Shown here: one piece after another, positions 1-12,200 of the stretch
Numbering within the stretch: the stretch's first letter is position 1
Layout: each line of letters begins with the position of its first letter
Assembly: GCF_030144855.1 (NCBI RefSeq)
Contig: NC_082706.1
Coordinates: 57,164,001 to 57,228,000 of the forward strand
From: Hypanus sabinus
Lineage: Eukaryota
DNA: 64,000 nt
Direction: 5' to 3'
Notes under the pieces: model-generated
The model's database searches: none
The model's input: only the letters and a program-made list of their open reading frames with translations
Told to the model about the DNA's origin: nothing
Position numbers and translations under genes: made by a program

Positions 1-566
1 GGTGGATGCTTTTCAGGGAACACCATCTTGTTGATACTAGGGAGGTATTGGTGTATTATTCACATGTACATTATTCTCAGCTGCACAGCTGCTGAGTGAC
101 AAGTCCTGCATCGCGTGGTGAAGGCGGCCCAGCAAATTGTCAGGATGGAGCTCCCAGGACTGGACACCATCTACTCCAGCTGACTCAGGAGGAAAGCTGT
201 CAGCATAACCAGAGACACCACACACCCCGTCCACTCCCTGTTTGACCTGCTGTCATCCAGCAAAAGGTTCAGGACACTAACAGCCAGAACAAATAGACTG
301 AGGAACAGCTTCTACCCCAGAGCTGTGGCCTCCATCACACCACTCCCACAGAACAATGACTGAAACTGTGAGCACACACAAGGACTCAAATACTTGCACT
401 AACGGCACTTTGTGCATTACTGGGATATTCTGGTGCTGCTGTAACTTATTTTCTGCTACTTCTCTATTTAATACTGTTTCTGTATCACTTATTTTTATCT
501 ACCGCTTTGTTTGGTTGCCTGAGAGGAAGCCAAACAGAGTTTCACTGTACCTATGTATAATGACAA
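1..566 (+). mobile_element. Rex1/Babar-like LINE 3' fragment
   Basis: Plus frame reads ...TTHPVHSLFDLLSSSKRFRTLTARTNRLRNSFYPRAV, the typical Rex1-type ORF2 C-terminus, with an in-frame stop, then 3'UTR. Near-identical copy at about 35735-36305. Confidence 0.8.
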
Positions 567-2385
567 TTTTACCCCGGTCTTCTCACGTCCAAGAGTCTCC
601 TAGAAATCCCCTCCCCGCTGANNNNNNNNNNNNNNNNNNNNNNNNNNNNNNNNNNNNNNNNNNNNNNNNNNNNNNNNNNNNNNNNNNNNNNNNNNNNNNN
701 NNNNNNNNNNNNNNNNNNNNNNNNNNNNNNNNNNNNNNNNNNNNNNNNNNNNNNNNNNNNNTAGAAAGGGGGAGAGGACAGGAGATAGAAAGGAAAGCAA
801 GAGAGAGTAGGGGAGAGAAGATTAGAGATTGAGGTAGTGAGTGAGAGAGGGAAGCAGTATTTTGGTGAGACTTTCCGTTTCTGCACGGTAAGTTAAGGTG
901 ACTGTACACCTGTGTGAGATAATGCACACACGGTGTGAGCGAACAGATGGCTGTGTGTATTTTGTGAATAGTTGTGGCTGAATCTGAGTTTTTGCGACCA
1001 TATGTGTGTGTATATCATAGTATAGATGTGTGTCTGTGTGTTTTTTATATGTGTCTGTGTGTATATCATAGTATAGATGTGTGTCTGTGTGTTTTTTATA
1101 TGTGTCTGTGTGTATATCATAGTATAGATGTGTGTCTGTGTGTTTTTATATGTGTCTGTGTGTATATCATAGTATAGATGTGTGTCTGTGTGTTTTTATA
1201 TGTGTCTGTGTGTATATCATAGTATAGATGTGTGTCTGTGTGTTTTTATATGTGTCTGTGTGTATATCATAGTATAGATGTGTGTCTGTGTGTTTTTATA
1301 TGTGTCTGTGTGTATATCATAGTATAGATGTGTGTCTGTGTTTTTTATATGTGTCTGTGTATATCATAGTATAGATGTGTGTCTGTGTGTTTTTTATATG
1401 TGTCTGTGTGTATATCATAGTATAGATGTGTGTCTGTGTGTTTTTATATGTGTCTGTGTGTATATCATAGTATAGATGTGTTGCTGTGTGTTTTTTATAT
1501 GTGTCTGTGTGTATATCATAGTATAGATGTGTGTCTGTGTGTTTTATATGTGTCTGTGTGTATATCATAGTATAGATGTGTGTCTGTGTGTTTTTTATAT
1601 GTGTCTGTGTGTATATCATAGTATAGATGTGTGTCTGTGTGTTTTATATGTGTCTGTGTGTATATCATAGTATAGATGTGTGTCTGTGTTTTATATGTGT
1701 CTGTGTGTATATCATAGTATAGATGTGTGTCTGTGTGTTTTTATATGTGTCTGTGTGTATATCATAGTATAGATGTGTGTCTGTGTGTTTTTTATATGTG
1801 TCTGTGTGTTTATCATAGTATAGATGTGTGTCTGTGTGTTTTTTATATGTGTCTGTGTGTATATCATAGTATAGATGTGTGTCTGTGTGTTTTTATATGT
1901 GTCTGTGTGTATATCATAGTATAGATGTGTGTCTGTGTGTTTTTTATATGTGTCTGTGTGTATATCATAGTATAGATGTGTGTCTGTGTGTTTTTATATG
2001 TGTCTGTGTGTATATCATAGTATAGATGTGTGTCTGTGTGTTTTTTATATGTGTCTGTGTGTATATCATAGTATAGATGTGTGTCTGTGTTTCTGTATTT
2101 GTGTCTGTGAGTCTGTGGATCTGCAGTGGTGAATAAGATTCTCTCTATTTCTTTCTCTGTGAAAGAAAATGATAAAGCGAGGATTCATTTTGAATTAGAT
2201 GTTGTCACTAGCTAGATATTGCTCTAGCCATGGGTCATGAGAGTGACAGGATGAGAGGTAGGTGCCGGCTTGCTTCTGTTAGCTAATAATAACTGGACAG
2301 ATCATGACAGAAATGAGGTATTGTTAACTTTTGTTTTCTGAGATTGCATAGCAAGTAGCAAATAGAGGAACTAACTTGTATCTTG
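567..2385 (+). repeat. Dispersed composite repeat, copy A (unique head, GA-rich gap, 51-bp array, unique tail)
   Basis: Colinear with 31987-34413: same head ttttaccccggtcttctcacgtcc, same gap position, same array, same tail ending aactaacttgtatcttg. Confidence 0.9.
1001..2090. repeat. 50-51-bp minisatellite array
   Basis: Unit gtgtgtatatcatagtatagatgtgtgtctgtgtgttttttatatgtgtct; gives a 17-aa periodic ORF (MIYTQTHIKNTQTHIYT). Confidence 0.95.
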
Positions 2386-3561
2386 AATTTTGTGCATCAC
2401 ATGGGAATGTTAGCAATCTTGCTGATACTTAACAAGTGGCTTGGAGGTTGCTGAGCAAGTATGTTTAGCTGTTGCCTATTGCCCAAAATTTACTGTACAA
2501 ATCTAAGATACAACGGACATTGTTGGAGTTGTAAGGCAATGACTCCTCGTGATCTCGTATTAAAGTTTTACCGAGGTCAGTGACTTGATTTCTGTTCCCT
2601 AACAGAGTAAAGTCTGTCATGGTGATGAAATTATTTAACGGTAAATCTTGATGTGTGTGTGTGTGTGAGTGAGTGAGTGTCTGTGAGTGTGTGTTCATGG
2701 CTTTTAGTGTTTGTGCAGGTGTGTGTGTCACGCAGTTGAGCTGTGAATGAATCGGGGGCTGCCCATTCCCCTCCCAGACCACACTCCACCCTTGTGGCTG
2801 CAGCCCACAGACCGACGTGTGTATATGCCTCAGCAGGTCTTATCCCCTCCACACCCTGCCTAACGTTGCTCCTATAGAGAGTCTGGGGTGTCCCTGCACA
2901 GTACAGACTGGATGGGCAGAGTGGGCATCGAGCTTTACAGTGGGGAATGTTGTAGTCAGCCACCCCTGCAGACGACCGAGCACCGGATGGAGGGGGTGAG
3001 AGTGCAGATTCTGCAGTTACCTGCTCTCTCACCCGCTGAGGTTGTTCACACCTTCAGTGTTGCTTGGCTAACAGTGACATGACTGTGTGAGCTGCCTGCA
3101 AACCCTCACAAGCATTGGAAACTGCCTCGCTCAGCTTTGATGTGCGGCGGTTAAAGGGCAGGGAGTGCAGAGCAAGCTGTGTGATGTGGCCTCAGGGTAA
3201 CTGCACGCACTGTGGTCAGAGCCCGTCACAGGAAGGCATGGTGAGTGTACATGTGTGTGTCTGAGCTTGTGCATGTCTGTGTGTGCATACACCCATGTGT
3301 GTTTCTGAGCTTGTGCATGTCTGTGTGTATATATACACCCATGTGTGTGTCTATCCGTGCACGTGTGTGAGGGAGGGCTGGAGAGAACACAGGACATCGA
3401 ACAGCACTGCACAGGAACAGGATCTTCAGCCCACAGTGATGTGCTAAACCAATTAACAAACAACTAACCAATTAAACTAATCTCTTTTGTCCACAAAATA
3501 TTCATATTCTTCCATTTTCCATTATGCTTATCTAGACGTCTCTTAAAAGACCCTAACGAAT

Positions 3562-4056
3562 ATGAATTCGATGCAAATTGACAATAAACTGGACTGGTCA
3601 AAGAACACTGAGGCTGTCTACAAGAAGGGTCAGAGCCGTCTCTATTTCCTGAGGAGACTGAGGTCTTTCAACATCGGCCGGACGATGCTGAGGATGTTCT
3701 ACGAGTCTGTGGTGGCCAGTGCTATCACGTTTGCTGTCGTGTGCTGGGGCAGCAGGCTGAGGGTAGCAGACACCAACAGAATCAACAAACTCATTCGTAA
3801 GGCCAGTGATGTTGTGGGGGTGGAACTGGACTCTCTGACAGTGGTGTCTGAAAAGAGGATGCTGTCCAAGTTGCATGCCATCTTAGACAATGTCTCCCAT
3901 CCACTCCATAATGTACTGGTTAGGCACAGGAGTACATTCAGCCAGAGACTCATTCCACCGAGATGTAACACTGAGCATCATAGGAAGTCATTCCTACCTG
4001 TGGCCATCAAACTTTACAACTCCTCCCTCGGAGTGTCAGACACCCTGAGCCAATAG
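3562..4056 (+). mobile_element. Rex1/Babar-like LINE reverse transcriptase C-terminal fragment
   Basis: DNKLDWSKNTEAVYKKGQSRLYFLRRLRSFN...HPLH...RKSFLPVAIKLYN, characteristic of this LINE clade. Confidence 0.9.
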
Positions 4057-4399
4057 GCTGGTCCTGCACTAATTTCCACGGCATAATTAACTTATTATTA
4101 TTTAATTATTTATGGTTTTATATTGCTATATTTCTACACTATTCTTGGTTGGTGCGGCTGTAATGAAACCCAATTTCCCTCGGGGTAAGTAGTATATCTG
4201 TCTGTTTCTGCCTCTACTACTATCTCAGACACCCATCATTGTCTGTGTAAAAAACACTTGCTCCTCACATCTCCTTTAAATTACCCCCTCTCACCTTAAA
4301 TGCCTGCCCTCTGGTATTGGAATTTCAAGCCCAGGACAAGATAATGTCTGTCTCTCACTATTTTTTTATTTATTGAAATCTTACATCCATCCCACAAGA

Positions 4400-4710
4400 T
4401 GAGGGAGTAACAATCTTTGACAATGTAAAGAGGTTTGAGTTTAAAAGTAGAAAGAAGCTGTCCCATCGCCTGTTGGTCGTCCTTTAATGCTGTGATAGCG
4501 TTTGCCAGACAGAAGCAGCTGAACCAGTTTATGGTTGGGGTGACTGGAGTCCCCGATGATCTTCCAGGCCTTCTTTCTGCACGTGCTGCTGTAAATACCC
4601 TCAAAGGAGGGAAATTCACATCCATAGATGCGCTGGGCTGTCTGTTCCACTCTCGGCAGAGCCCAGCGATCAAGGTTGGTTCTGTTCCCGTCCCATACAG
4701 CCAATCAGGA
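4400..4710 (-). mobile_element. Rex1-like LINE 3' fragment, degraded
   Basis: Minus ORF ...RKKAWKIIGDSSHPNHKLVQLLLSGKRYHSIK... Confidence 0.75.
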
Positions 4711-4967
4711 TGGTCTCAGTGGTGCCCCGTATGTGGGGGCTCCCTCATCGGACCGAACTGGGATCTCACGGCAGACCACTGTGAAGAGAGGCAGGTCTCC
4801 GGGGACACCCCCACCCCTCTTCACCACCCCCCACAACCTTCTTCACATTTAACCCTTCGGTGTGGGCTCAAGAAACGTCCCTCTGCTGACAAGGAGACGC
4901 AAAATCTAGAATCTGGAGGCATTATTGGAGTATAAAAGTTGCATTGTTTGCTGTGTAACCAAAACTA

Positions 4968-5338
4968 TGTAGTCAACTTTGTTTTTGCTATTTGCTATGC
5001 ATTATCCAATTTAGTAGGAGAATGAAATCCTAGGAATGTAGAAGACAATGGTGGGTTAATGAGAGGTAGCTAAGAGATGTAGATTAGAACATGATTAAGT
5101 CAATGGGTAGAAATAATAGTGGCGGATGTTCATGTGATACGCAACTGTAGACCGATTAGATATGCTAATGCAACTGGACCAGGAGATTGCTATAAAAAAT
5201 GCTATGTACAAGGATTGGTGGGCAATCAGCGACTAGCTCAATGACTGTCTCAGCTTTGATTTGCAAATTAAAGTTTAACCCTTCTTGAAGAATCCTCTGC
5301 GTCTCCTGGTCATTTGTGGGGCACGAGAAACCACGACA
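4968..5338 (+). mobile_element. 5' LTR of an endogenous retrovirus (start approximate)
   Basis: TG at 4968, TATAAAAA at 5191, ATTAAA at 5267-5272, ends ...CA at 5338 just before the PBS. Confidence 0.65.
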
Positions 5339-5342
5339 AAAT

Positions 5343-5360
5343 TGGCGACCGTGGCAGGAC
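5343..5360 (+). promoter_or_regulatory. Primer-binding site, tRNA-Arg(UCG)-type
   Basis: TGGCGACCGTGGCAGGAC is complementary to the vertebrate tRNA-Arg(UCG) 3' end as I recall it (...GTCCTGCCGCGGTCG-CCA), with one G:U pair. Confidence 0.8.
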
Positions 5361-6004
5361 CGGAAAGAGACCCGCGGAAAGGAAACGGCAGATTGAGGGC
5401 ACTTCCCAGTCCTCCAGGGACCACCACAAGGCTAACAGAATTAAGGGTGAAGCCAAACAAAAGGTAAGCGCTTTTTGCGACAATTTGGACTAAGAATTCT
5501 GTTGGTTTTGGGGAGGTCTTGGAGTCTCAGAAGTGTGGAACCACTGCCAAAGGGTCTCTCCGGTCCAAAGAATCTGGCAGAATTGGGGGTTAACAGGAGT
5601 CTCAGAGGATTGATCAAGAACACTGCAGTGAGGGTAAGTACAAATAACCTAATAAGAAGTTAAGTGAAGAAAAATTCCACGTGGCGTTGGTAAATCTCTG
5701 TGGATACCGCTTCGTATGAAACGAAGGTCTGAACGGGCAGGGAAAGGGTAAATAGAGAAAATCCTCGTGGATACCGACTTAAGCGATAAGGGTCTGAATA
5801 GACGAGGTGCAAAGAGAAAGTTCTGTGGATACCGCTCTGAATAGAGGTCTGTACAGGCAGAACAGAATAGGAAACAAGGAAGGTCCAATATGTAGTTTAA
5901 AGCACTGGTAGATAGACGATAGACTAGGCATAGAATTGGTGTAAATAATATTATCCAGTAAACGAACTGTGAATCTCTGAAATACCTTAAAAAGAGAGAA
6001 TAAC

Positions 6005-7391
6005 ATGACAGGTAAAGGAAAGGCAGTAGAGATTCTGAGCAAAAAATTCCCGGTAAATAAATATGAGATCACAAGAACTTCAGAAAAATGGGAAAAGAGA
6101 ACCAATAACCTGGTCAAAAAGTTGCCAAGGGAAGGAACGTTTGATGTAAGCTTGTGCGAAGAAATGGAGGCACTAATTAAAAATTACAAACCAAAAGATA
6201 AATCTAAGAAGAGGGCAAAAAAGAGAACGAGAAATGGAAGTGCTAAAACTCTTCAGAACGGAGGGAGAAAGGCTGAGGAGGACAGGTAGAATATTGATTA
6301 CAAGCGAGGAAGACACTAAGGTGCTGGAGAAACAGCCTGTTAGAGAGAGAGGAAGGTACAGTGAGAAGCTGGCTTCGGCTCCGTACCCGGATGTGAAAGA
6401 AACAGAAAGGCCCCCTCCCTATAATAAGAAAAGAACCCCTAAGCAGTGCCCCCTGCTGACGGGAACAGTAAACACGCAGGGAGAAGTACAAGTTTGGGAT
6501 AATGAGGAGGAAAGAAGACAATACGAGAAGGAAAAAGCGGCGATATGGAAGGAGATACAGGCAGAAAGGATAAAGGTGGAACAGGCAAAGAGAGAAATGA
6601 AAGAAGAGATTGAACGGATGAAATACTTGAGAGAGGAAAAGGAGTATGGGGAGTATCGGTTATACCATAGAAATAAACAGACTAGAAAAGAAAGTGGCTC
6701 ATCAGGGCAGGAAGAGATGAGGCATTCAAGAGGAAGTGGAAAAAAGATAGGAGATGAGAGTCTTGGAGAAACACAAGAGAGAAGGGAATCAAGCACGAGT
6801 AAGGATCACGAGGAGTCCCTGCCACAGATGTACAGACACGGACAGGAAGAAAGAGAAGGTGACTCTTTGGAGGAGCAAGAGTTAAGTGGAGAGAGGATGC
6901 GAGAATTTGTGGGGATGAGGTACGAGACAGAAGTCTAGAAGAGCAGAAGGAGGTGGTGGGGAAGTGACTTGTGGAAGTAGAGAGAGAGCTAGTTACTGAG
7001 AGGCGATTGCCAGAGGAGATGCGAAAAATACTCCAGGGGCCAGCCAAATATTGAATCAGGAAAGAAAGGAAGGACTCCACAGGGAGACCGAGGGAAGAAG
7101 AGGACCCCGGAGAAATTTGTGTGGGAGGCAGTAAAGACATACCCTGAGACAGATGGGAGTCAGGTGAGGAGGAGAGCTATGGGCAGAGGGGACCAGTGAG
7201 GAAATGGGGAAAGAGAGGTAGAGAGATTGTGCTGGGGATGTAATCAGCCAGGTCACATGAGAAGAGATTGTCCGTTTACACCATGGCCTGTCACACACCA
7301 GCAGGAACCGATAAGAAGGGAACTGAAGTTTAGCCAAGGACCAGCCCCCACAGGCCCAAGCGGACCTGTGAACCCCTATGCGAGGTATTAG
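6005..7391 (+). pseudogene. gag: ERV gag, frameshifted, with internal stops
   Basis: Basic MA-like N-terminus; ASAPY and PPPY late-domain-like motifs; CCHC knuckle CWGCNQPGHMRRDC near 7230-7272; ends at TAG 7389-7391. Confidence 0.8.
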
Positions 7392-7826
7392 GGGTGCCCC
7401 GAGAACTCGAGTGGGAGAGGGCATTACCCAATGATAACAAGGGAGGCAGACGAGGAACCCATTGTTCAGGTTATGTTAGAAGGGCAACTGACACCAATGA
7501 TGATAGATACTGGAGCCACGTACACTTGTGTACAGCCACAGTATGCCCTTCACCTTCCCATGTCAGGAGAGTTTATTAAGACGGTAGGGTTCTCGGGGAA
7601 AACACAGTTGACACAGTGCACGGCTCCAGTGCAGTTGAGAATGGGAAATAAAGGAATTGTTTTGCCGATGCTAGTATTTAAAGGAACTCCGATTAATTTG
7701 TTAGGCAGAGATGCCTTATTGAAACTGGAATTAAAATTAGAATGCCCCAGAAATGGGCTGAGTGTGGAAAGAGCAGGGGCTCAATTGATAGCGCGAGAAG
7801 ACAAGAAGGCTAATGTTTTTGAATAG
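7392..7826 (+). pseudogene. pro: Retroviral aspartic protease
   Basis: MMIDTGATYT active site and INLLGRDAL motif; in frame with gag across the TAG. Confidence 0.9.
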
Positions 7827-8062
7827 GAGACATCGCAGATCAGATTCGGGAAACCTGGGAAAAATGGAAAAAGGGCGTGCAGGTTATATTACCCAGGGCT
7901 GTACTGCCCAAATCTGAGCTACATTGTACAGTGATTTTTGACGAGACTCAGAACAGGGAGTTAGAGGAGAGATGGCACCTGGAGGCATATACCCAACAGC
8001 ACCTGGAAGGGGAGGCTGTGATAATTGGAAAGCAAGGGGCAGCTTTACAAGTTAAGTGGAAC
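7822..8062 (+). pseudogene. N-terminal half of a 2H phosphoesterase domain in ERV pol
   Basis: After a 1-nt shift: IGDIADQIRETWEK...LPKSELHCTVIFDE...EERW...IIGKQGAALQV. First HxT motif (His codon 7922-7924); truncated by a tandem repeat. Confidence 0.65.
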
Positions 8063-8660
8063 ACCTTCCGTCTCAAAGCGCCCCCTCCTCACCGACCCTT
8101 CCGTCTCACAGCGCACCCTCCTCACCACCCCTGCGTCTCACAGCGCCCCCTCCTCACCGTCTCTTCCGTCTCTCAGCGCCCCCTCCTCACCACCCCTTCC
8201 GTCTCACAGCGCCCCCTCCTCACCACCCCTTCCGTCTCACAGCGCCCCCTCCTCACCACCCTTTCCGTTTCACAGCGCCCCCTCCTCACCGTCTCTTCCG
8301 TCTCTCAGCGCCCCCTCCTCACCACCCCTTCCGTCTCACAGCGCCCCCTCCTCACCGTCCCTTCCGTCTCACAGCGCCCCCTCCTCACCACCCTTTCCGT
8401 TTCACATTCCACCTCCTCACCACCCCTTCCGTCTCACAGCGCCCCCTCCTCACCGTCCCTTCCGTCTCACAACGCCCCCTCCTCACAACCCCTTCTGTCT
8501 CACAGTGCCCCCTCCTCATCACCACTTCCGTCTCACAACGCCCCCTCCTCACAACCCCTTCCGTCTCACAGTGCCCCCTCCTCATCACCACTTTCGTCTC
8601 ACAACGCCCCCTCCTCATCACCACTTTCGTCTCACAGCGCCCCCTCCTCACCGGCCCTGC
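8062..8660. repeat. 33-bp C-rich minisatellite
   Basis: Unit gcgccccctcctcaccaccccttccgtctcaca. Confidence 0.95.
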
Positions 8661-9249
8661 CTCCGCAAGTGCTGGTGAAGTTTGTCAGCCGCCAGTAGGG
8701 GGAGTACCGGGCCTATGTACGCTCTGCAGGAGAAGCACTGGTGTTGAGGCACAATCCCTGTTTATTCTCTGTAAACCCTGCACACCCACTCCACGGCTCC
8801 TGTCCCTACACCCCTCCTCATCTCGAATCCCTCCAGCGCCTACACCCCTCTTTGTCTCTATAACACTCCTCTAGCCCCTACACCCCTCCATCTCTGTGAG
8901 CCCCGCCGGCCCTTCTATTTCTTTCTGCTCTTATCTGTGCCTCTCGTAATGTTATAAACTTCTACCTTCCATCTGCAGATCCACACTATTAAGGACCCAG
9001 CCATTAACTGTATACTGTGCATTTACATTTGGTCTCTTTGCAACAACATGCTTCCCGGATTAAACTCCATCTGCTATTTCTCCATCCATTTCTGTGCCCG
9101 TTTCCATACTTTCAAACTGTCCACGTCTTTGTCAGTTCTTCAGTCACTTGCCTAGTTACTCATCAGTCCATTGACGTTGAGGTGACAGTATTCACATGCT
9201 GATCTAAACGTCTCTTCAAAGCCTCTAGCATAATTGTCTCTACCTCCAT

Positions 9250-12200
9250 AGCAAGTAGTGCATTTAATGCATCCTCCACTCTCTAAAAAACCTGCTCCTC
9301 ACTTGCCCTCTGAACCTACCAGCTCTCGCCTTCAATGCATGCCCTTTGGTATTAGATATTACTACCTGTGCCTACACTATCTATGCTTCTCATCTCCTCA
9401 ACCTTTATCAGATCCCCCTCAGCCTCCGCCACTCCAAAGTTTGTCCAGCCTCTCATGATAGTTCATACCCTCTAAACCAGGCATCATGCTGGTAAACATC
9501 TGCACCCTCTCCGAAGCCTCAACATCCTTCATATAGTGGGGAGACCAGAACTGTATACAATATTCCAGATGTGGCCTATAAAGTTGTAACATAACGTCTT
9601 GACTTTTGAACTCAATGCTTCAACGAATAAAAGCAAGCATGCCAGAAGCCTTCTTAATCACCGTATCAACCTGTGTAGCCATTAGCAGGCAGCTATGAAC
9701 TTGGATCCCAAGATCTCTCTGCTCAGCAACACTGTGAAGGATTTTGCCCTTAACAGTGGTCTGTCTCCTGGCATTTTCCCTACCAAGGTGCAACACCTAA
9801 CATTTAACCATATAACAATTACAGCACGGAAACAGGCCATCTTGGCCCTTCTAGTCCGTGCCGAACAACACGGACATTTAAATGCCGAACATTTATCTGG
9901 GTTAAACTTCATCTGCCATTTCTCTGCCCATATCTTCAGCTGCAGCTGATCTCTATCACAGTATATTCTTTGCCAGCTTTCTACACTATCCACAATTCCA
10001 CCAGTCTTGGTATCATCCACAAACTAATTAAACCCATCCATCTACATTTTCATCACTTATAGACATCACAAACAGCAGGGGCCCCAGCCCAGATCCCTGC
10101 AGAATACCACTAGTTACAGACCTCCAGCTTGAATAAGTCCCTTCCACTACCACCCTCTGTCTCCTACACCCAAGACAATTCTGAATCCAAACAACCAATT
10201 TGCTGCGGACCCCATGTATCTTAATCTTCTGGATTAGCCTCCCATGAGGGACTTGGTCAAACGCCTTACTGAACTCCGTGTAGACAACATCCACTGCCCT
10301 ACCTTCATCAATCTTGCATGTCACCTTGTCAAAAAACTAAATCTAGTGGGTAAGATATGACCTGCTCTGCACAAAGCCATACTGGCTCTCCCTAATTAGG
10401 CCATGGGCTTCCAAATGTTCATATATCCTCTCCCTATGAATTTTCTCCAGTAATTTTACTACAACTGATGTGAGGCACACTGGTCTAAATCTCCAAGATT
10501 TTCCCTTGTTCCCTTCTTAAATAGAAGTACAGATTAGCCACTTTTCAGTTCTACAGGACCTCGCCTCTGCCTGGAGAGGACACAAAGATACTGGTCAAGA
10601 CCCTAGCAATCGTGTCTCTTGCCTCCTTCAATAACCTGGGATAAATCTCACTAGGCCCTTGGGACATCCACCTTAATACTTGCTAAAAGGCCCAATGCTT
10701 CCTCCACCTTGACCTCTCAACACTCTTAATATATTTATACTATCAGCACTGATCTCCTGGTCCTCCATACCCTTCTCCTTGGTAGATACTGAAGCAAAGT
10801 ACCCATTAGGTACCTCACTCACATTCTCTGCATCGAAGCAAATATTCCCCTCTACCTCTCTCTAGTTACCCACTTGCTCATGATGTATGTACAGAATGCC
10901 CTGGGATTCACCTTAATCCTACTGGCCAAGGATTTTCCATGGCCCCTCCTAGTTTTTCTAATTCCTTTCTTCAGTTCTTTTCTGGCTTCTTTATTCTCCT
11001 CATGTGCTTCGTTTGTTCTTAAATTCTGAAGCTTAATGTATTTTCCTTTTTCTGCTTGGCTAAGTTCAGCATCTCTCCAAACATGCAAGGTTCTCTTATT
11101 TTTCTATCCCTGTCCTTCATCCTTCTAAAAGGAACATACTTTTCCTGTACTCTGTGCAATTGATCATTAAAAACCCTCCATATGTCTGATATGGACTTGC
11201 TAGAAAAAGGTGTTCTCAAGTAACACTTCTTAGTTCCTCCCTAATACCTCATAATGTGCACTACTCTAATTTAAAGCTCTCCTGCAAAGACCATATCTAT
11301 CCTCACCTGTAGCCATCCTGTAAAGTAAGGAGTTGTGGGGGGGTGGGGGGAGGTTCCCATCAGCGTGATTGCCCCCTTCCTATTCCTGACCCCTCTGTTA
11401 TGTTGTCCTTCAGTGATCCTGTCTCTGATTAGTAGTGCAACAAGTCCCCCACCCTACTTTACCTCCTTCTCTATCTTTTCTAAAACTTTGAAAAGTTTTC
11501 TAAAACTAGAAAAGATCTAGGTGTTCTTGTACATCAGTCAATGAAAGCAAGCATGCAGGTACAACAGGCAGTGAAGAAAGCTAATGGCATGCTGGCCTTT
11601 ATAACAAGAGGAATTGAGTATAGGAGTAAAGAGGTCCTTCTGTAGCTGTACGGGGCCCTGGTGAGACCCCACCTGGAGTATTGTGTGCAGTTTTGGTCTC
11701 CAAATTTGAGGAAGGACATTCTTGTTATTGAGGGAGTGCAGCGTAGGTTCACAAGGTTAATTCCTGGAATGGCGGGACTGTCATATGTTGAAAGATTGGA
11801 GCGACTGGGCTTGTATACACTGGAATTTAGAAGGATGAGAGGGGATCTGATTGAAACATATAAGATTATTACGGGATTGGACATGCTGGAGGCAGGAAGC
11901 AAGTTCCCGCTGATGGGTGAGTCCAGAACTAGAGGCCACAGTTTAAGAATAAGGGGTAGGCCATTTAGAACTGAGATGCAGAAAAACTTTTTCACTCAGA
12001 GAGTGGTGGATATGTGGAATGCTCTGCCCCAGAACGCAGTGGAGGCCAAGTCTCTAGATGCATTCAAGAGAGAGATAGATAGAGCTCTTATAGATAGCGG
12101 GGTCAAGGGAAGTGGGGAGAGGGCAGGAGCAGGGTATTGATTGTGTATGATCAGCCATGATCACAGTGAATGGTGGTGCTGGCTAGAAGGGCCGAATGGC

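Noticed and set aside
2631-3130. GC-moderate unique segment with a 133-aa minus ORF and a donor-like site at 3020
   Set aside because: No recognisable domain and no consistent exon boundaries; the ORF runs into a CA repeat.
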